A stretch of 46,129 nucleotides of DNA, from positions 1 to 46,129 of the forward strand of contig CBFHKL010000002.1 in assembly GCA_965656415.1 (NCBI GenBank), given 5' to 3'. Below, one piece after another: positions 44,770 through 46,129 of this stretch. The notes beneath the pieces are model-generated. The model was not told the origin of the DNA, did no database searches, and was given only the letters and a program-made list of their open reading frames with translations. A program made the translations under genes and the position numbers. This stretch comes from an uncultured bacterium. Lineage in GTDB: Bacteria > Fidelibacterota > Marinisomatia > Marinisomatales > Marinisomataceae. The number at the start of each line of letters is the position of its first letter. Position 1 is the first letter of the stretch.

Positions 44770-46129
44770 TATAGTTCCTCATACGCTTTTGTAGTTAAAA
44801 ATTCTTCAACATTTTCAGATAAAGTTATTTGTTCAAAAATTGATTTTGATAGATTATATTTACCATTTTCAAAAATTTCAATTCCAACCTCATTTTTGAT
44901 ATTTAAAAGTTCTTCATGTAAATAAGTTCTAAACAATTTTTCATCGACAATTTTTCCATTATCTAATTTATTTCTATGTTTAATCCATTGCCATATTGAA
45001 GTTCTAGATATCTCAGCTGTAGCTGCATCTTCCATTAATCCATAAATAGAAACGCAACCTAATCCAGATATCCAAGCTTCAATATATTTAAGTGAAATTC
45101 TGATGTTAGACCTAAGACATTCTTCTGAACTTACACCATTGCAACCTTCTAAGAGCTGTTTAGCCGTAATTTCTTCTGAAGAATGAAAATCTAATTGATT
45201 TGTTTGGAAAGTACTAAACTTATCCTTATAAATTTCATTTACATAATCTGCTAAACCAGGATGAGCAATCCATGTTCCATCATGACCATTATTTATTTCA
45301 AATAATTTATCATCTCTAACTTTTTGTAAAATTTGTCTATTTTCATCATGATTTTTGGAAGGAACAAAAGCTGCCATTCCTCCCATTGCGAATGCACCTC
45401 TTTTATGACAGGTTTGTACAAGCAATGTTGAATAACTTGTTAAAAATGGTTGATTCATAGTAATAATATTTCTGTCAGGTAATAATTTATCAGGTAAAGA
45501 TTGTAAGGTTTTAATAAAACTAAAAATATAATCCCATCTTCCACAATTTAAACCTACAATATGGTCTTTGAGATAATATAGAATTTCATCCATTTGAAAT
45601 ACTGCTGGAAGAGTTTCAATAAGACATGTCACCCTAACTGTTCCTCTGCTTAATTTTAATTCATCCTCACAAAATGAAATGATATCGCTCCAAATTTTAG
45701 CTTCATGATATGATTGTAATTTTGGAATATAAAAATATGGACCTGATCCAAACTTTTCTAAAGCCTGATGATTGTGATATAAATACATTACAAAATCAAC
45801 TAAAGCTCCATAAATTGAAACTCCATTACATGAAATATGTTTTTCTTTGAGATGTAAACCCCTTACTCGACACATTAGAATAGCAGGATTTGATCGTAGA
45901 TTATATTTTTTTAAAGTTACTCTATGTTGAAAGGAAATCGTTCTATGTGCTGCATCGCGCATATTTACTAATCCATTTTGAACATTTTCCCAAGTGGGTG
46001 ATAGTGAATCTTCGAAATCTGCCATGAAAACATTAACGTTAGAATTCAATGCATTAATGATCATTTTCCGATCAACAGGTCCAGTAATTTCAACTCTACG
46101 GTCTTTTAAATTGTTTGGAATTGGCCTTA
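44769..46129 (-). CDS. aceB: Malate synthase A (5' end lies beyond the window)
   Basis: The track starts at an internal Met (46064). Hand translation shows the frame stays open to 46129, giving ...[41 protein letters not shown]. This matches residues at about position 100 of AceB-type malate synthases. Its TAA stop shares one nucleotide with the aceA ATG. Confidence 0.95.
   Translation of the reverse strand, partial: RPIPNNLKDRRVEITGPVDRKMIINALNSNVNVFMADFEDSLSPTWENVQNGLVNMRDAAHRTISFQHRVTLKKYNLRSNPAILMCRVRGLHLKEKHISCNGVSIYGALVDFVMYLYHNHQALEKFGSGPYFYIPKLQSYHEAKIWSDIISFCEDELKLSRGTVRVTCLIETLPAVFQMDEILYYLKDHIVGLNCGRWDYIFSFIKTLQSLPDKLLPDRNIITMNQPFLTSYSTLLVQTCHKRGAFAMGGMAAFVPSKNHDENRQILQKVRDDKLFEINNGHDGTWIAHPGLADYVNEIYKDKFSTFQTNQLDFHSSEEITAKQLLEGCNGVSSEECLRSNIRISLKYIEAWISGLGCVSIYGLMEDAATAEISRTSIWQWIKHRNKLDNGKIVDEKLFRTYLHEELLNIKNEVGIEIFENGKYNLSKSIFEQITLSENVEEFLTTKAYEEL

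Noticed and set aside
1-46129. A search for CRISPR arrays, rRNA or tRNA genes, IS elements, long direct or tandem repeats, and sigma-54 (-24/-12) promoters.
   Set aside because: All non-coding gaps are 120 nt or shorter. None shows repeat-spacer periodicity, a tRNA cloverleaf signature, a transposase or inverted-repeat ends. I found no TGGCAC-N5-TTGC element in an intergenic position. This was scanning by eye, so short or degenerate repeats could have been missed.

Overview
The window is very AT-rich (about 30% G+C by eye, not computed) and extremely gene-dense. From the ORF-track coordinates I count only about 0.7 kb of intergenic DNA in 46.1 kb, roughly 98% coding. Many neighbouring genes share ATGA or TAATG start/stop overlaps. 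About three quarters of the genes are on the minus strand.

Most of the content is housekeeping:
- Translation, replication and repair: lepA, asnS, alaS, rpsT, uvrB, ogt.
- Nucleotide, cofactor and lipid metabolism: guaB, nadE, accA.
- Energy and carbon: pntAA-pntAB-pntB, and aceB-aceA followed by a thioesterase.
- Gram-negative envelope: waaA, a GT9 heptosyltransferase, lptE, ppiD, tatC, a polyprenol-P-mannose synthase.
- Peptide scavenging: DPP-IV, proline iminopeptidase, PepA and an SNF-type Na+ symporter.

Families that look like DUF4837 and DUF5683, together with the envelope genes, suggest a streamlined marine member of the FCB group, for example Marinimicrobia/SAR406. That placement is inference only. 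I found no rRNA, tRNA, CRISPR array, transposase or integrase, and the longest gap is 120 nt.

The least ordinary parts are:
1. A four-gene cassette at 39.6-41.6 kb between pntB and pepA: siphovirus Gp157-like protein, ICMT-like membrane methyltransferase, PD-(D/E)XK nuclease and a 2-TM peptide.
2. A bacterial indoleamine-2,3-dioxygenase-like haem protein that overlaps a TlpA-type thioredoxin gene.
3. A 575-aa polytopic membrane protein with no family I recognise.
4. A sensor-less sigma-54 activator with a GAYTDA loop, overlapping lptE.
5. A SLOG/TIGR00725 gene whose stop overlaps the start of nadE.
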